Under the pieces are notes generated by a model that worked only from the letters and a program-made list of their open reading frames with translations, was not told where the DNA came from and ran no database searches. The position numbers were made by a program, and so were the translations under genes. Shown one piece after another: positions 28,217 through 38,443 of a DNA stretch of 64,000 nt. Within the stretch, counting starts at the first letter, position 1. Every line of letters begins with the position of its first letter. Source of the stretch: Sphingomonadaceae bacterium (GTDB lineage: Bacteria; Pseudomonadota; Alphaproteobacteria; Sphingomonadales; Sphingomonadaceae); the NCBI GenBank assembly GCA_947473355.1, contig CANJCQ010000011.1, positions 404-64,403 of the forward strand. The letters run 5' to 3'.

Positions 28217-29898
28217 GCGATCTGGATCTGGTCATTCGCGGCGGTACTGTGGTCGATGGCACCGGCACTGAGGGTTACACAGCCGATGTCGGCATTGCCG
28301 GAGGCAAGATCGCCGAAATCGGCAAGATCGCGCCCGGCTCTGCACGCGTCATCGAGGCCGAGGGGCATATCGTCTCGCCCGGCTTCATCGATGGCCACAC
28401 GCACATGGACGCCCAGATGCACTGGGACCACCTCGGCACCAATTCGGTGTGGCATGGTGTCTCGACCGTGGTGATGGGCAATTGCGGCTTTTCCATCGCG
28501 CCGATGCGCAAGGGCAAGCAGGCGCTGGTCGCACGCAGTCTCGAGCGGGCCGAGGACATTTCCGGCGCGGCGATGGCAGCGGGGATCGATTTCTCCTGGG
28601 AGAATTACGACCAGTACCTTGATGTCGTCGATAAGCTGCCCAAGGGGATCAACCACGCGGCATATGTCGGCCACTCGGCGCTGCGCACTTTTGTGATGGG
28701 CGAGCGCGCTTTCGAAGAGGAAGCCAATGCCGACGATCTGGCGGCGATGACCGCTGAGCTGGCGCGCGGGCTCGATGCCGGTGCGATGGGCTTTTCAACC
28801 TCGCGCAGCCTTGCGCACCTGACTTCGGACGACAAGCCGGTCGCCTCGCGGCTGGCGACCCGCGAGGAAGTGGCCTCGCTGGTCGGCTCAATGAAGGGCC
28901 GCAAGGGCGCAGTGTTCGAGCTGGCGCATGAAATCCTGCTGCCGGGCGATCTCGATGGCGATGCCTACTGGAACTGGCTCAGGGACCTCACCATCTCGTC
29001 GGGCGTGGCCACCACCTACGGCGTGCTCGGACGTTTCGCGCCCACCCAAATCGACTATATCGACGGCGTCAGGGCAGCTGGCGGACGGATGTTTGGGCAA
29101 ACCCATAGCCGGGGGGTCAGCTCGCTGTTCTCGTTCCGCACCGCCTTTTTCTTTGATTCGCAGCCCGTGTGGAAAGAGTTGCGCAAGCAGCCGCTCGAAA
29201 TGCAAAAGGCCCAGCTGGCCGATCCTGCGACCCGCGCGGCGCTGATCGCGGCGGTTGACAATGCCCAGTATGGCCAGGCCTCGGGCGCGGAAGGCAAGCC
29301 GCCGGAATGGGATGCCTTCTACTATTTCGACAAGCCAATGCCGCCTTATCGCACCTTGGCGGAATTGGCGGCGGAGCGCGGCGCCAGCCATCCGCTCGAA
29401 GTGCTGTTCGACCTCGCCATCGAGACCGACATGCACGCGCTGTTCATGCAATACCTCACCCAGGCCTCGGACGAGGAAGCGGTGCGGGTGATGCGCCATC
29501 CCAGCTCGATCATGACTTTTTCGGACTCGGGCGCGCATGTCAGCCAGATCGCCGACGGCTCGATCCAGACGCACCTGCTTGCCTATTTCTGCCGCGACAA
29601 GCAGCTGCTTTCGATCCCCGAAGCCGTGCAGATGATGACCAGCCGCGCCGCAAATGCCTGGGGCTTTTCCGATCGCGGCGTGCTGGCGGCAGGCATGGCG
29701 GCGGACGTCAACATTTTCGATCCGGCAACCGTCGGCCCGGAAATGCCGGAGGTGGTGCATGACCTTCCGACCGGCGCGCGGCGCTTCTCGCAGCGGGCCA
29801 AGGGCTTCCGGGCGACTGTGGTCAATGGTCAGGTGCTGACTGAAAACGGGGTGCATACCGGGGCCTTGCCAGGGCAATTGTTGCGGCGGCGGGATTGA
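28213..29898 (+). CDS. N-acyl-D-amino-acid deacylase family amidohydrolase
   Basis: VIRGGTVVDGTG, PGFIDGHTHMD, GNCG, SDSGAH, G.AADVN.FD. Confidence 0.92.
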   Translation: MSDLDLVIRGGTVVDGTGTEGYTADVGIAGGKIAEIGKIAPGSARVIEAEGHIVSPGFIDGHTHMDAQMHWDHLGTNSVWHGVSTVVMGNCGFSIAPMRKGKQALVARSLERAEDISGAAMAAGIDFSWENYDQYLDVVDKLPKGINHAAYVGHSALRTFVMGERAFEEEANADDLAAMTAELARGLDAGAMGFSTSRSLAHLTSDDKPVASRLATREEVASLVGSMKGRKGAVFELAHEILLPGDLDGDAYWNWLRDLTISSGVATTYGVLGRFAPTQIDYIDGVRAAGGRMFGQTHSRGVSSLFSFRTAFFFDSQPVWKELRKQPLEMQKAQLADPATRAALIAAVDNAQYGQASGAEGKPPEWDAFYYFDKPMPPYRTLAELAAERGASHPLEVLFDLAIETDMHALFMQYLTQASDEEAVRVMRHPSSIMTFSDSGAHVSQIADGSIQTHLLAYFCRDKQLLSIPEAVQMMTSRAANAWGFSDRGVLAAGMAADVNIFDPATVGPEMPEVVHDLPTGARRFSQRAKGFRATVVNGQVLTENGVHTGALPGQLLRRRD

Positions 29899-29943
29899 GC
29901 CTGCCCTTTCGCCTGCAGGAGTTGTCGCGTAGCCCACAACCCT

Positions 29944-30039
29944 CGTCATTCCCGCGTAAGTGGGAACCTATCTTCAGCGCTATCGGTTTGCGCGAGCATC
30001 AAGATCAGGAGCTGGGTCCCCGCTTTCGCGGGGATGACG
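29944..30039. repeat. Palindromic doublet, family A copy 3
   Basis: CGTCATTCCCGCGTAAGTGGGAACCTATC (29944-29972, degenerate) inverted with TGGGTCCCCGCTTTCGCGGGGATGACG (30013-30039). Confidence 0.85.
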
Positions 30040-30058
30040 CTGATTTTTGGACAAACAC

Positions 30059-31072
30059 ATGAAACTCAACGCCGTCATCTCCAGCGCCCCCACCCGCGAT
30101 CTCGCCGTGCTCGCCGCGCGGCTGGAGGGCAGCGGCTGCGACGGGCTCTATTTCGCTGAGCTGGGCCACGATCCCTTCGTCGGCGCGGCAGTGGCTTCGA
30201 CCGGCAGCAGCAAGCTCACCCTGGGCACTGGCATTGCCCTTGCCTTCCCGCGCGGGCCGGTGCCGCTGGCCTACACGGCGCATGATCTGAACACCGGTTC
30301 TGGCGGCAATTTCGTGCTCGGCCTCGGACCGCAGGTGCGCGCGCATATCGAGCGGCGCTTTGGCATGGTGTGGAATGAACCAGTAGCGCGAATGCGCGAG
30401 CTGGTGCTGGCTATCCGCGCGGTGTGGGCTTGCTGGGCCAGCAATGGACCGCTGGCTTTCGACGGTGAATTCTACAAGTTGAACCTGATGCCGCCCAACT
30501 TCCGCCCCGAGCCAACTTCTCACGCGCCGCCGCCGATTTGCCTCGCCGCAGTCGGCCCGAGGATGTCGGAGATGGCGGGCGAAGTGGCAGACGGGCTGTT
30601 CATCCATGCCTTTGCCACGTCGGCCTATGTGCAGAACGTTATCCTGCCGGCAGTCGAGCGCGGGCTGGCCAAGTCCGGGCGGACGCGCAAGGACTTCCAG
30701 CTGATCTATTCGGGCTTCATCGCCGATGGCGCCAGTCCGAAAGAGATCGCGGAAGCGCGCAGTTCGGTCGCCTTCTATGCCTCGACCAAGGACTATCGCG
30801 GCGTGCTCGATCAGCACGGCATCGGCGACTTGCAGCCGAAGCTCCAGCAGATGACCCGCGAGGGCAAATGGAAGGACATGGCAGCGCTGATATCCGACGA
30901 GGTGCTGGATCTGTTCTGCGTCACTGGCGCGCCCGATGAAATTGGCGCGGGGCTTGGCGCGCGCTGGACCGGGCTGGCGGATCAGATTTCACTGAATGTC
31001 GACTATTGGAACACCCACCAGGACAACCCGCTCTGGACAGCGGCGGCGGAAAAGTTGAGGCTGATCGCCTGA
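30059..31072 (+). CDS. LLM-class oxidoreductase resembling the MSMEG_2256/TIGR03617 (predicted F420-dependent) subfamily
   Basis: AELGHDPF, IALAFPRGP..LAY.A.DL, F.LGLG.QVRAHIERRFG..W..PV.RMRE, AFYAST..YR.VL..HG. Confidence 0.75.
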   Translation: MKLNAVISSAPTRDLAVLAARLEGSGCDGLYFAELGHDPFVGAAVASTGSSKLTLGTGIALAFPRGPVPLAYTAHDLNTGSGGNFVLGLGPQVRAHIERRFGMVWNEPVARMRELVLAIRAVWACWASNGPLAFDGEFYKLNLMPPNFRPEPTSHAPPPICLAAVGPRMSEMAGEVADGLFIHAFATSAYVQNVILPAVERGLAKSGRTRKDFQLIYSGFIADGASPKEIAEARSSVAFYASTKDYRGVLDQHGIGDLQPKLQQMTREGKWKDMAALISDEVLDLFCVTGAPDEIGAGLGARWTGLADQISLNVDYWNTHQDNPLWTAAAEKLRLIA

Positions 31073-31097
31073 GTCAAAAGCAGATTGGGAAGAGACA

Positions 31098-32027
31098 ATG
31101 CCAGGTATGCCGGTTGCCCACATCAGCTGGGCCATCGCCGACAATGCGGATCGCAAGCCCTGCGACCAGTGGCTGATCGACACTTTCGGCGCCGAAGTGG
31201 TCTATGAAATGCTGATGACCCCGGAGGCCGAGAAGATGGGCCTCGACCGGGAAGAGACGCTGATGATGGTCGGCGATACCATGATCATCCCGATCGCGCC
31301 TGCCCCGTCCGGCCCGGCTGGCGATGCCCCTACCGGTCAGATGCTGCGCCGCAATGCGGGCAAAATGCGCTGGCTGGGTCTGGCGCTCAAGGTGGCGGAC
31401 CTCAAGGCCGCCGCCGCGTGGTTTCAGGCCAAGGGCTTCAAGCTGCATTTCGATCCCGGCATGGAGGAGATCTATTTCCTCGTCGGGCGCAAGCAGGCGC
31501 TGGGCGTGCGGCTCGAGATCCTCGCAACCGACCTTCCCAACGATCCGCGCCAGAAGGCGGGATGGAACCCGATGCGCTGGCGCGATTATCATCCACTGGG
31601 GATCGAAGGGCTGCAATCGATCGGCGTCTCCGCCACCACACTTGCTGCGGCGCGCGAATGCTTTGGCGAGCGGCTGGAGCTGGCTGAACTGGGCCAGCGC
31701 GATCTGCCGGGCGAGGGCGCGGACTGTGTCGCCTTCGATCTCGGCGACACAGTGATTGAGGCCATGGTGGCAGTGGGCGACGATTCGCCGCTGAGCTGGC
31801 ATGCGAACGAGGTGCAGGGAATATATTGCCTGACCTTCAAGGTGAAGAGGGCTGCGTCAGCGGCGGACTATCTCAAGGGCAAGGGATACGAACTGGTCGG
31901 CGACACTGCCACCCGCTTCGCCATTGTTCCCAGGCAGGCGCAGGAGCGGCTGATCTTTTTCACTGAAATCGAAGTGCCGGATTACCCGTCGCTAGGATCG
32001 AAACTGTTGCAGCCCGCCCAGTTTTAG
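31098..32027 (+). CDS. Two-domain VOC-family protein
   Basis: HISWA...LALKVADL and GLQSIGV...LTFKV VOC-like halves. Confidence 0.65.
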   Translation: MPGMPVAHISWAIADNADRKPCDQWLIDTFGAEVVYEMLMTPEAEKMGLDREETLMMVGDTMIIPIAPAPSGPAGDAPTGQMLRRNAGKMRWLGLALKVADLKAAAAWFQAKGFKLHFDPGMEEIYFLVGRKQALGVRLEILATDLPNDPRQKAGWNPMRWRDYHPLGIEGLQSIGVSATTLAAARECFGERLELAELGQRDLPGEGADCVAFDLGDTVIEAMVAVGDDSPLSWHANEVQGIYCLTFKVKRAASAADYLKGKGYELVGDTATRFAIVPRQAQERLIFFTEIEVPDYPSLGSKLLQPAQF

Positions 32028-32054
32028 GCCCGATCCGAACGGGAGGGAGTGAAG

Positions 32055-33293
32055 ATGAAACAGCAGCGCCTCACCATTATCTCCTCCGATTGCCATGCCG
32101 GTCCCCAGCGGATGGCCGATTTCCGGCCCTATATCGAAGCGGCGCACCTTCCAGCCTTCGACGACTATTGCGCCCGGATCGAGGCTTTCGAGCGCGACGT
32201 GGGCAGCGGGCTCACCGGCGGCGGGGCGACCTCGACCGGCGAGGAGGGACTGTGGGACGCGGCAGTGCGCACGCGCTGCCTCGATGGCGACGGAGTCGCC
32301 GCCGAAGTGATCTTTGCCCAGGGCTCAGTGCCCTTTGCCGCCTATCCGGCAGTAGGCGGCGGGCGCAAGGTCGAATTCCGGGCCAGCCCCGCGCAAATCG
32401 CGGCCGGATGCCGCGCCTATAACCGCTGGCTGGCCGACCTGTGCTCAAGCGATCCGAGGCGCCATCTCGGCATCGCCCGGGTGCCGCTGCCCGATGTCGC
32501 TGCGGCGGTCGAGGAAGTGGAGCTTGCGGCAAAGCTGGGCCTGCGCGGCGGAGTGCATCTACCGCCGGTCACTTCCGCCGAGGCCATGCCCTATTTCAAC
32601 GATCCGATGTATGAGCCGTTCTGGGCGGCCTGCGCGGCCAATCACATGGTTCTAAACATGCATGGCGGGGCCAATCTGGTCTATGGCACCGGCCCGGAAA
32701 GCTATGCCATGACGCTGGCCGAAGTCGACTGGCTGAGCCACCGCGGGCTCTCGTATCTGATCTTCTCGGGCGTGTTTGAACGCTACCCCGATCTGCACCT
32801 CGCCATGACCGAGCAGCGCTGCCACTGGGTCCACCAGCTGCTCGACGATTTCGATTCGGTCTATGCCCACATCGATGTCTTCGGCTCGAACCGGCATCTG
32901 CCGCGCAAGCCCAGCGAATATTTCCGCGAGCATTGCTTCATCGGCGCCAGCTTCCTGTCGCGGCCCGAATGCGATGCGCGCGCAGAAGTAGGCAATGCGT
33001 GCTTCATGTGGGGCTCGGACTATCCGCATATGGAGGGCACCTGGCCCTATACCAATGCGGCGCTGCGCTATGCCTTCGGCGGCGGGGTTTCGTCGCTGGA
33101 GCTTGGCGCGATGCTCGCGGGCAATGCCGCGCGTTGCTACCGGATCGACCTCGCCGAGCTGCAGCCGATCGCGGACCGGATCGGCCCGACGGAGGCAGAC
33201 TTGCGCGAGCCGATTGACATCTTGCCCGGCGAGGGGCCCAATGAGAAGCCAGTGCGATCATGGGCGTTCCGACGCCACGGCGCCTGGCACTGA
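32055..33293 (+). CDS. Amidohydrolase_2-family metallo-hydrolase/decarboxylase
   Basis: IISSDCH, YNRWLAD.C, MHGG, GVFERYP.L, MWGSDYPH.EGTWP. Confidence 0.9.
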   Translation: MKQQRLTIISSDCHAGPQRMADFRPYIEAAHLPAFDDYCARIEAFERDVGSGLTGGGATSTGEEGLWDAAVRTRCLDGDGVAAEVIFAQGSVPFAAYPAVGGGRKVEFRASPAQIAAGCRAYNRWLADLCSSDPRRHLGIARVPLPDVAAAVEEVELAAKLGLRGGVHLPPVTSAEAMPYFNDPMYEPFWAACAANHMVLNMHGGANLVYGTGPESYAMTLAEVDWLSHRGLSYLIFSGVFERYPDLHLAMTEQRCHWVHQLLDDFDSVYAHIDVFGSNRHLPRKPSEYFREHCFIGASFLSRPECDARAEVGNACFMWGSDYPHMEGTWPYTNAALRYAFGGGVSSLELGAMLAGNAARCYRIDLAELQPIADRIGPTEADLREPIDILPGEGPNEKPVRSWAFRRHGAWH

Positions 33294-33310
33294 TAAAGGG
33301 AGAGAGACCG

Positions 33311-34129
33311 ATGCAATTCCGCCCACTGCATCCCGAATTCGGCGCCGAGGTGATCGGCTTCGACATTGAAGCGGGCCGCGATCCGGCTGATATTGCCGCA
33401 TTGCAGGCCGCCTATGATCGCCATTCGATCCTGCTGTTTCGCGGGAGCGAGCACCTTTCGCACGAGCGCCATATCGAGGTCGCATCGTGGTTCGGCCCGC
33501 CCTCGCCAGTCGATAACAGCGGCAAGGGCGATTATGTCTCGGTGCTGCATAACCGCGATCCGGCGGGCTCGATGCAGCTGCCGTTCCACTGCGACCTGAC
33601 CTATACCCAGTATCCGATCAAGGCGATCTGCCTGCAGGCGATCGAGCTGCCTGGCAGCCCTACCGCGACCACCTTTGTCAGCAATGAGGCCAACTGGAAG
33701 ACGCTGCCGGACGAAATGAAGCAGCGGCTCGAAGGGCTCAGCCTGCGCCATGTCCATATCTCGAACGTCAAGGAATACGACTGGCCGCCGTTCATCGCCG
33801 ACCATCCGCTTAAATTCCCCAATCCGCGCACCGGCGAACCGATGCTGCTGATCACCGAACACCACGCCACCCGGATTAACGAACTGGATGAAGCGGAAAG
33901 CCAGGCACTGATCGAGCAGCTGTTCGCGCACAGCTATGCGCCCGGGCGGCTCTATGACCACGTCTGGCAGCTGAACGACGTGCTGATGTGGAACAACCTC
34001 GCAGTGCAGCACGCCCGGCGCGAACACAGCGACTATGCAGGCGGCCCGCGCGCGCTGCAGCGGGTGGCGCTGTGCGAGGAAACGCTGCAGGACTCGATTG
34101 ATCGTGCAAGGGCGCAGCAAGCGGCTTAA
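33311..34129 (+). CDS. TauD/TfdA-family dioxygenase
   Basis: FHCD (HxD), WNNLAVQHAR. Confidence 0.92.
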   Translation: MQFRPLHPEFGAEVIGFDIEAGRDPADIAALQAAYDRHSILLFRGSEHLSHERHIEVASWFGPPSPVDNSGKGDYVSVLHNRDPAGSMQLPFHCDLTYTQYPIKAICLQAIELPGSPTATTFVSNEANWKTLPDEMKQRLEGLSLRHVHISNVKEYDWPPFIADHPLKFPNPRTGEPMLLITEHHATRINELDEAESQALIEQLFAHSYAPGRLYDHVWQLNDVLMWNNLAVQHARREHSDYAGGPRALQRVALCEETLQDSIDRARAQQAA

Positions 34130-34171
34130 GCCTTACTTCCCCTCTTCCCCGAAACCGCAAGGAACATCACC

Positions 34172-34411
34172 ATGCCCACTCCCGATATGCCCCAGAAGGC
34201 TCCCTATCCCGTCGCCGTCGAGGCGGGGAAAAGCTATTACTGGTGCGCCTGCGGCAAGAGCGCCAGCCAGCCGTTCTGCGATGGTTCGCATAAAGGCAGC
34301 GAATTCGCGCCGACCAAGTTCACTGCCGAGGAAAGCAAGACAGTCTATTTCTGCGGCTGCAAACAGAGCGGCAACGGCGCCCTGTGCGACGGATCTCACC
34401 AGAAGCTCTAG
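34172..34411 (+). CDS. CDGSH iron-sulfur domain protein (two motifs)
   Basis: WCACGKS..QPFCDGSH and FCGCKQS.N..LCDGSH. Confidence 0.95.
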   Translation: MPTPDMPQKAPYPVAVEAGKSYYWCACGKSASQPFCDGSHKGSEFAPTKFTAEESKTVYFCGCKQSGNGALCDGSHQKL

Positions 34412-34492
34412 GCCTCTTGCCTCTCCCGCGCATTTAGTTCAGCTTACGAACAAATGACTCGCCGCAGGGCGGGTGCAAGCGAGGAGAGAGCC

Positions 34493-36124
34493 ATGCAGAT
34501 TTCACGTCGCGGTTTCGCCCTTGGCACTCTGGCTGCAGCAGCGACTGCGCCAGATGCCATGGCCCGGCCCAGGCCCTTGCGCCGACGCGAACCAGTGGCC
34601 GAGACCCGCCACGGCAGGGTTCGCGGCATGGTGCAGGGCGGCATCTATGAATTCCACGGCATTCCCTATGGCGCGCCGACCGGCGGGGCTGCCCGCTTCC
34701 TGCCGCCGAGGCAGCCCGAAGCCTGGGCCGGCGTCAAGGACTGCATGGCCTGGGGGCCGCTCGCCCCGCAAGGCGCCTCGACTGCCAATCCGGCAGGCGG
34801 GCTGGGCGCCGACATGGCCAAATATTTTGGCTCGGCAGATGGCATCTCTCCCACGATCAGCGAGGATTGCCTGACGCTCAGCGTCTATACGCCCGCCTTG
34901 CGCGATGGCGCCAAGCGGCCGGTGATGGTGTGGATTCACGGCGGCGGTTTCTCTATCGGCGGCTCGGCGGGCCCGCGCACCACCGGCACGAATATCGCGG
35001 CGCGGCAGGGCGTGGTCACCGTGTCGATGAACCACCGGCTCGGCGCGATGGGCTATGCCTATCTCGGGGCCTTGCACGATGATTTCGCGCATAGCGGCAA
35101 TCAGGGCCAGCTTGACCTGATCCTCGCCCTGCAATGGGTGCATGACAATATCGAGGCCTTCGGCGGCGATCCGGCGCGGGTGATGATCCACGGCGAGAGC
35201 GGCGGTGGCGGCAAGATCGGCACCTTGCTCGGCATGTCCGGCGCCTCGGGGCTGTTTCACCGCGCAACCCTGCAGAGCGGCTCGGCCAACCGTGTGCCGT
35301 CAAAGGAGTTGGCGGCGCAAACTGCTGAGGAGCTGCTCAGAGAACTGGGCATTGCGCCGGGCGACTTCCGCAAGTTGCAGGAGCTGCCGTGGAAGCAGAT
35401 CGTCGATGCGCAATCGAAGATGGAATTCCGCGCCATGACCCAGCCCGGCGCGCGGCGCGGCTTTGTGCCGACTTCAGGCACGGCGGAATTGCCGCTCAAT
35501 CCGATCGATGCAGTGGCGAGTGGCTCAGCGCCGGTTCCGGTCATGATCGGCTGCACCAGGCACGAAGCAGCATTGTTCCTGGCGGCGGGCGGGCTCAGGT
35601 CGGATAAAGTGACTGCTGATATCTTGCGCCAGCGCATGGCTGTTCTGTTCCCTGGCAGGGCCGAAGAAGCCCTTGCCGGATACAAGGCGATCGATCCCAA
35701 GGCCACGCCCGGCGACTTGCTGATCCGCGCCATGTCGGACACCACGCGCTATGCGGGTATCGAGCTTGCCGAAGCCCATATCAAGGGCGGCAAGGGCGGA
35801 ACCTGGCAATATCTGTTCTCCTGGGAAAGCCCGGTCCTGCCCTATATGCACTCCGGTCATGGCATCGACGGCTCGTTCTATTTCGACAATACCGAAGCCA
35901 TCCCCATCGCCACTGGCAATGCCGGCGCGCGGCTGATTGCGGCGCGGGCCAGCGCCGCCTTCGCCAGCTTCGCGCGGACCGGCAATCCTTCGACCCGCGC
36001 GCTAGCATGGCCGCAATATTCGCTGGCGCGGCGCGAGACGATGGTCTGGAATATGCCGCCCAGGGTCGAAAGCGATCCTCTGGGCGCAGAGCGGCAGCTG
36101 CGGACGCGGCTGGCGGCGGCTTGA
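34493..36124 (+). CDS. Tat-exported type-B carboxylesterase
   Basis: SRRGFALG twin-arginine signal, SEDCL, WIHGGGF, GESGGG nucleophile elbow. Confidence 0.93.
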   Translation: MQISRRGFALGTLAAAATAPDAMARPRPLRRREPVAETRHGRVRGMVQGGIYEFHGIPYGAPTGGAARFLPPRQPEAWAGVKDCMAWGPLAPQGASTANPAGGLGADMAKYFGSADGISPTISEDCLTLSVYTPALRDGAKRPVMVWIHGGGFSIGGSAGPRTTGTNIAARQGVVTVSMNHRLGAMGYAYLGALHDDFAHSGNQGQLDLILALQWVHDNIEAFGGDPARVMIHGESGGGGKIGTLLGMSGASGLFHRATLQSGSANRVPSKELAAQTAEELLRELGIAPGDFRKLQELPWKQIVDAQSKMEFRAMTQPGARRGFVPTSGTAELPLNPIDAVASGSAPVPVMIGCTRHEAALFLAAGGLRSDKVTADILRQRMAVLFPGRAEEALAGYKAIDPKATPGDLLIRAMSDTTRYAGIELAEAHIKGGKGGTWQYLFSWESPVLPYMHSGHGIDGSFYFDNTEAIPIATGNAGARLIAARASAAFASFARTGNPSTRALAWPQYSLARRETMVWNMPPRVESDPLGAERQLRTRLAAA

Positions 36125-36149
36125 TGTTCAAAAACAAAGGCAGGGTAGA

Positions 36150-37646
36150 ATGACTATGAAAACAGGGCGCAAGATAATGGCGGCGCTCGCTCTGGCGAGC
36201 CTGTGGCTGCCTGCCCTGGCCAGCGCCGAAACGGCAGTGCCTGTCGCCGTCCCCGGCAAGCCAACCTTGATGCTGGGCGCTTTCGATCTGGCGACCTTGG
36301 GCTATCAGACCGAAGAGTATTTCCTCTCGGGCACGGCGACGAGCTACAAGTTGCCATCCGCGCCGACTGCGGACGGCCGGTGGAATGCAGTGGCAGATGC
36401 CTCCGCGCCCTATACGACCCGCTTCGTGGTGATCCGTCCCTCCGATCCGGCGAAGTTCAACGGTACCTTGCTGGTCGAATGGCTCAATGTCACTGCCGGG
36501 CAGGATACGCCCGCCGACTGGATGGTGGCACACCGCGTGATGCTGCGCCGGGGCTATGCCTATGTTGCGGTCTCGGCGCAGAAGGTGGGCGTGGAGGGCG
36601 GCAACACGGCGATGGGCCAGCCCGCCGTGCCGCTCAAGAAGAGCAATCCGGAGCGATATGGCAGCCTGTCGCATCCAGGCGACGCCTTCAGCTTCGATAT
36701 CTATTCGCAGGTTGGCGCGGCCTTGAAGGCGGCGGGCGGAAAAGGCGCGCTCGGCCCGCTCGCGCCGCGCAAGGTGCTGGCTATCGGCGAATCGCAATCC
36801 GCAGCTTACCTGACCACCTATGTCAACGCGGCCGACCCCTTGGCAAAGGTCTACGATGGCTTCCTGATCCATTCGCGCTTTGGCAGTGCAGCCTCGATCG
36901 AGGGCACGCCGATGCGCGGCTCTGCGGCGGGCTATCCCGATTTCGTCCGCTTCCGCCCCGATCTGCGCGTTCCCGTCATGACCTTCATTTCCGAGACTGA
37001 CCTGCTGGGCAGCCGCCTCTCGGGCTATCACGGCGCGCGCCGGGCGGATGATCGCCACTTGCGGGTCTGGGAAGTCGCCGGGACGGCCCATGCCGATAAC
37101 TACCTGTTCATGGGCGCCTTCCAGGATTCCGGCTCAATGCCGATTGCCGATCTGGCCAAGGTGTTCCGCCCGGCGACGATGTCGATGGCAGGCAAGGTTG
37201 AAAAGCCGTTCAACGAGGGCATGCCGCATCACTATGTCATGCAGGCTGCGCTGGCGGCGATGGACGGCTGGCTGAAGACCGGGCGCCCGCCCACCAGCAC
37301 CGCGCCGCTGATGCTCGATCCGGCTACCAAGCCCGGCGATCCGCCCGCGCTGTTGCATGACGCCAATGGCCTCGCGCGCGGCGGGGTGCGCTCGCCCTGG
37401 GTCGATGTGCCGACCTTGCGGCTGACCGGCAAGGGTGATCCCAATTCGTTCATCGGCATGCTGGCAGGCAGCGGCGACCCGTTCGACAAGGCCACGCTCG
37501 CCCGGCTCTATCCCGGCGGCAAGGCGGATTATCTGCGCCGCTTCACTCGCTCGCTCGATACAGCGATCCGCGCCGGGCATTTGCTGCGCGAAGACCGGCA
37601 GGAAATTCTGGACATCGCTGCCATCAACTTCGATGCTGCCTCTTGA
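36150..37646 (+). CDS. Secreted alpha/beta-hydrolase-domain protein
   Basis: Signal peptide; TRFVVIRP.DP.KFNGT.LVEW.NVTAG; GESQSA; WEVAGTAHAD. Confidence 0.82.
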   Translation: MTMKTGRKIMAALALASLWLPALASAETAVPVAVPGKPTLMLGAFDLATLGYQTEEYFLSGTATSYKLPSAPTADGRWNAVADASAPYTTRFVVIRPSDPAKFNGTLLVEWLNVTAGQDTPADWMVAHRVMLRRGYAYVAVSAQKVGVEGGNTAMGQPAVPLKKSNPERYGSLSHPGDAFSFDIYSQVGAALKAAGGKGALGPLAPRKVLAIGESQSAAYLTTYVNAADPLAKVYDGFLIHSRFGSAASIEGTPMRGSAAGYPDFVRFRPDLRVPVMTFISETDLLGSRLSGYHGARRADDRHLRVWEVAGTAHADNYLFMGAFQDSGSMPIADLAKVFRPATMSMAGKVEKPFNEGMPHHYVMQAALAAMDGWLKTGRPPTSTAPLMLDPATKPGDPPALLHDANGLARGGVRSPWVDVPTLRLTGKGDPNSFIGMLAGSGDPFDKATLARLYPGGKADYLRRFTRSLDTAIRAGHLLREDRQEILDIAAINFDAAS

Positions 37647-37670
37647 TCATAGGCAGGGGGATTACGGCGA

Positions 37671-38435
37671 ATGATGGCTCCATCGGATATGACCGGCAAA
37701 GTCGCGCTGGTCACGGGCGCGGCGGCTGGCCTCGGGCAAGCGACGGCGATCCGCCTGGCCGAAGTCGGCGCTAGCGTTGCAATCGTCGATATTGCGGATG
37801 CGGGCCTCGCCGAGACGGCCAAGGCGATCGAAGCGCTGGGCTGCGCGGTGCTGGTCCTGCCGCTCGACCTGTCAAACCGTGCCAATTGCCGCGCGGTGGT
37901 CGAGCAGACGGTGGCCAAGTTCGGCCGGCTCGATGCGCTGTGCAGTGTCGCGGGCGTGATGCTGGTTGGCGAGACTGCGGACTATAGCGATCACGACTGG
38001 GACCTTACCCTTGCAGTGAACCTCACCGCGCCCTTCGTCCTCGCCCGTGCAGCGATCCCGCATTTGCTTGAGGCCAAAGGGGCGATCGTCAACGTCACCA
38101 GCTGCGCCGCCTTCCAGGGCCAGGCCTACTTCGCCGCCTATTGCGCAACCAAGTCCGGTCTCACCAACATGACCAAGGCGCTTGCCATGGAATTCCAGCA
38201 CCAGCCGATCCGGGTCAACGCAGTTGCGCCAGGAGGCATGATGACCGGGCTCGCTGCCGGCATGGCGAAAATCATGCATCTCGACCAGTCGCTCATCGGC
38301 AAGATTCCCTCGGCCCGGCCGGAGCTGTGCGAGATCGAGGATGTGGCCGAATGCGTCGCCTTCCTCGCCACCGATGCGGCGCGAGGCTATCATGGCTCGT
38401 GCGTGCAGATCGATGCCGGAGTGACGGCGGGGTAG
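37671..38435 (+). CDS. Short-chain dehydrogenase/reductase
   Basis: TGAAAGLG, YCATK, IRVNAVAPG. Confidence 0.93.
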   Translation: MMAPSDMTGKVALVTGAAAGLGQATAIRLAEVGASVAIVDIADAGLAETAKAIEALGCAVLVLPLDLSNRANCRAVVEQTVAKFGRLDALCSVAGVMLVGETADYSDHDWDLTLAVNLTAPFVLARAAIPHLLEAKGAIVNVTSCAAFQGQAYFAAYCATKSGLTNMTKALAMEFQHQPIRVNAVAPGGMMTGLAAGMAKIMHLDQSLIGKIPSARPELCEIEDVAECVAFLATDAARGYHGSCVQIDAGVTAG

Positions 38436-38443
38436 CGGAGCTT

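Noticed and set aside
7493-30039. CRISPR array or IS elements as an explanation for the repeats
   Set aside because: The repeats are dispersed inverted doublets, not regularly spaced direct repeats. No cas, transposase or integrase gene is present.
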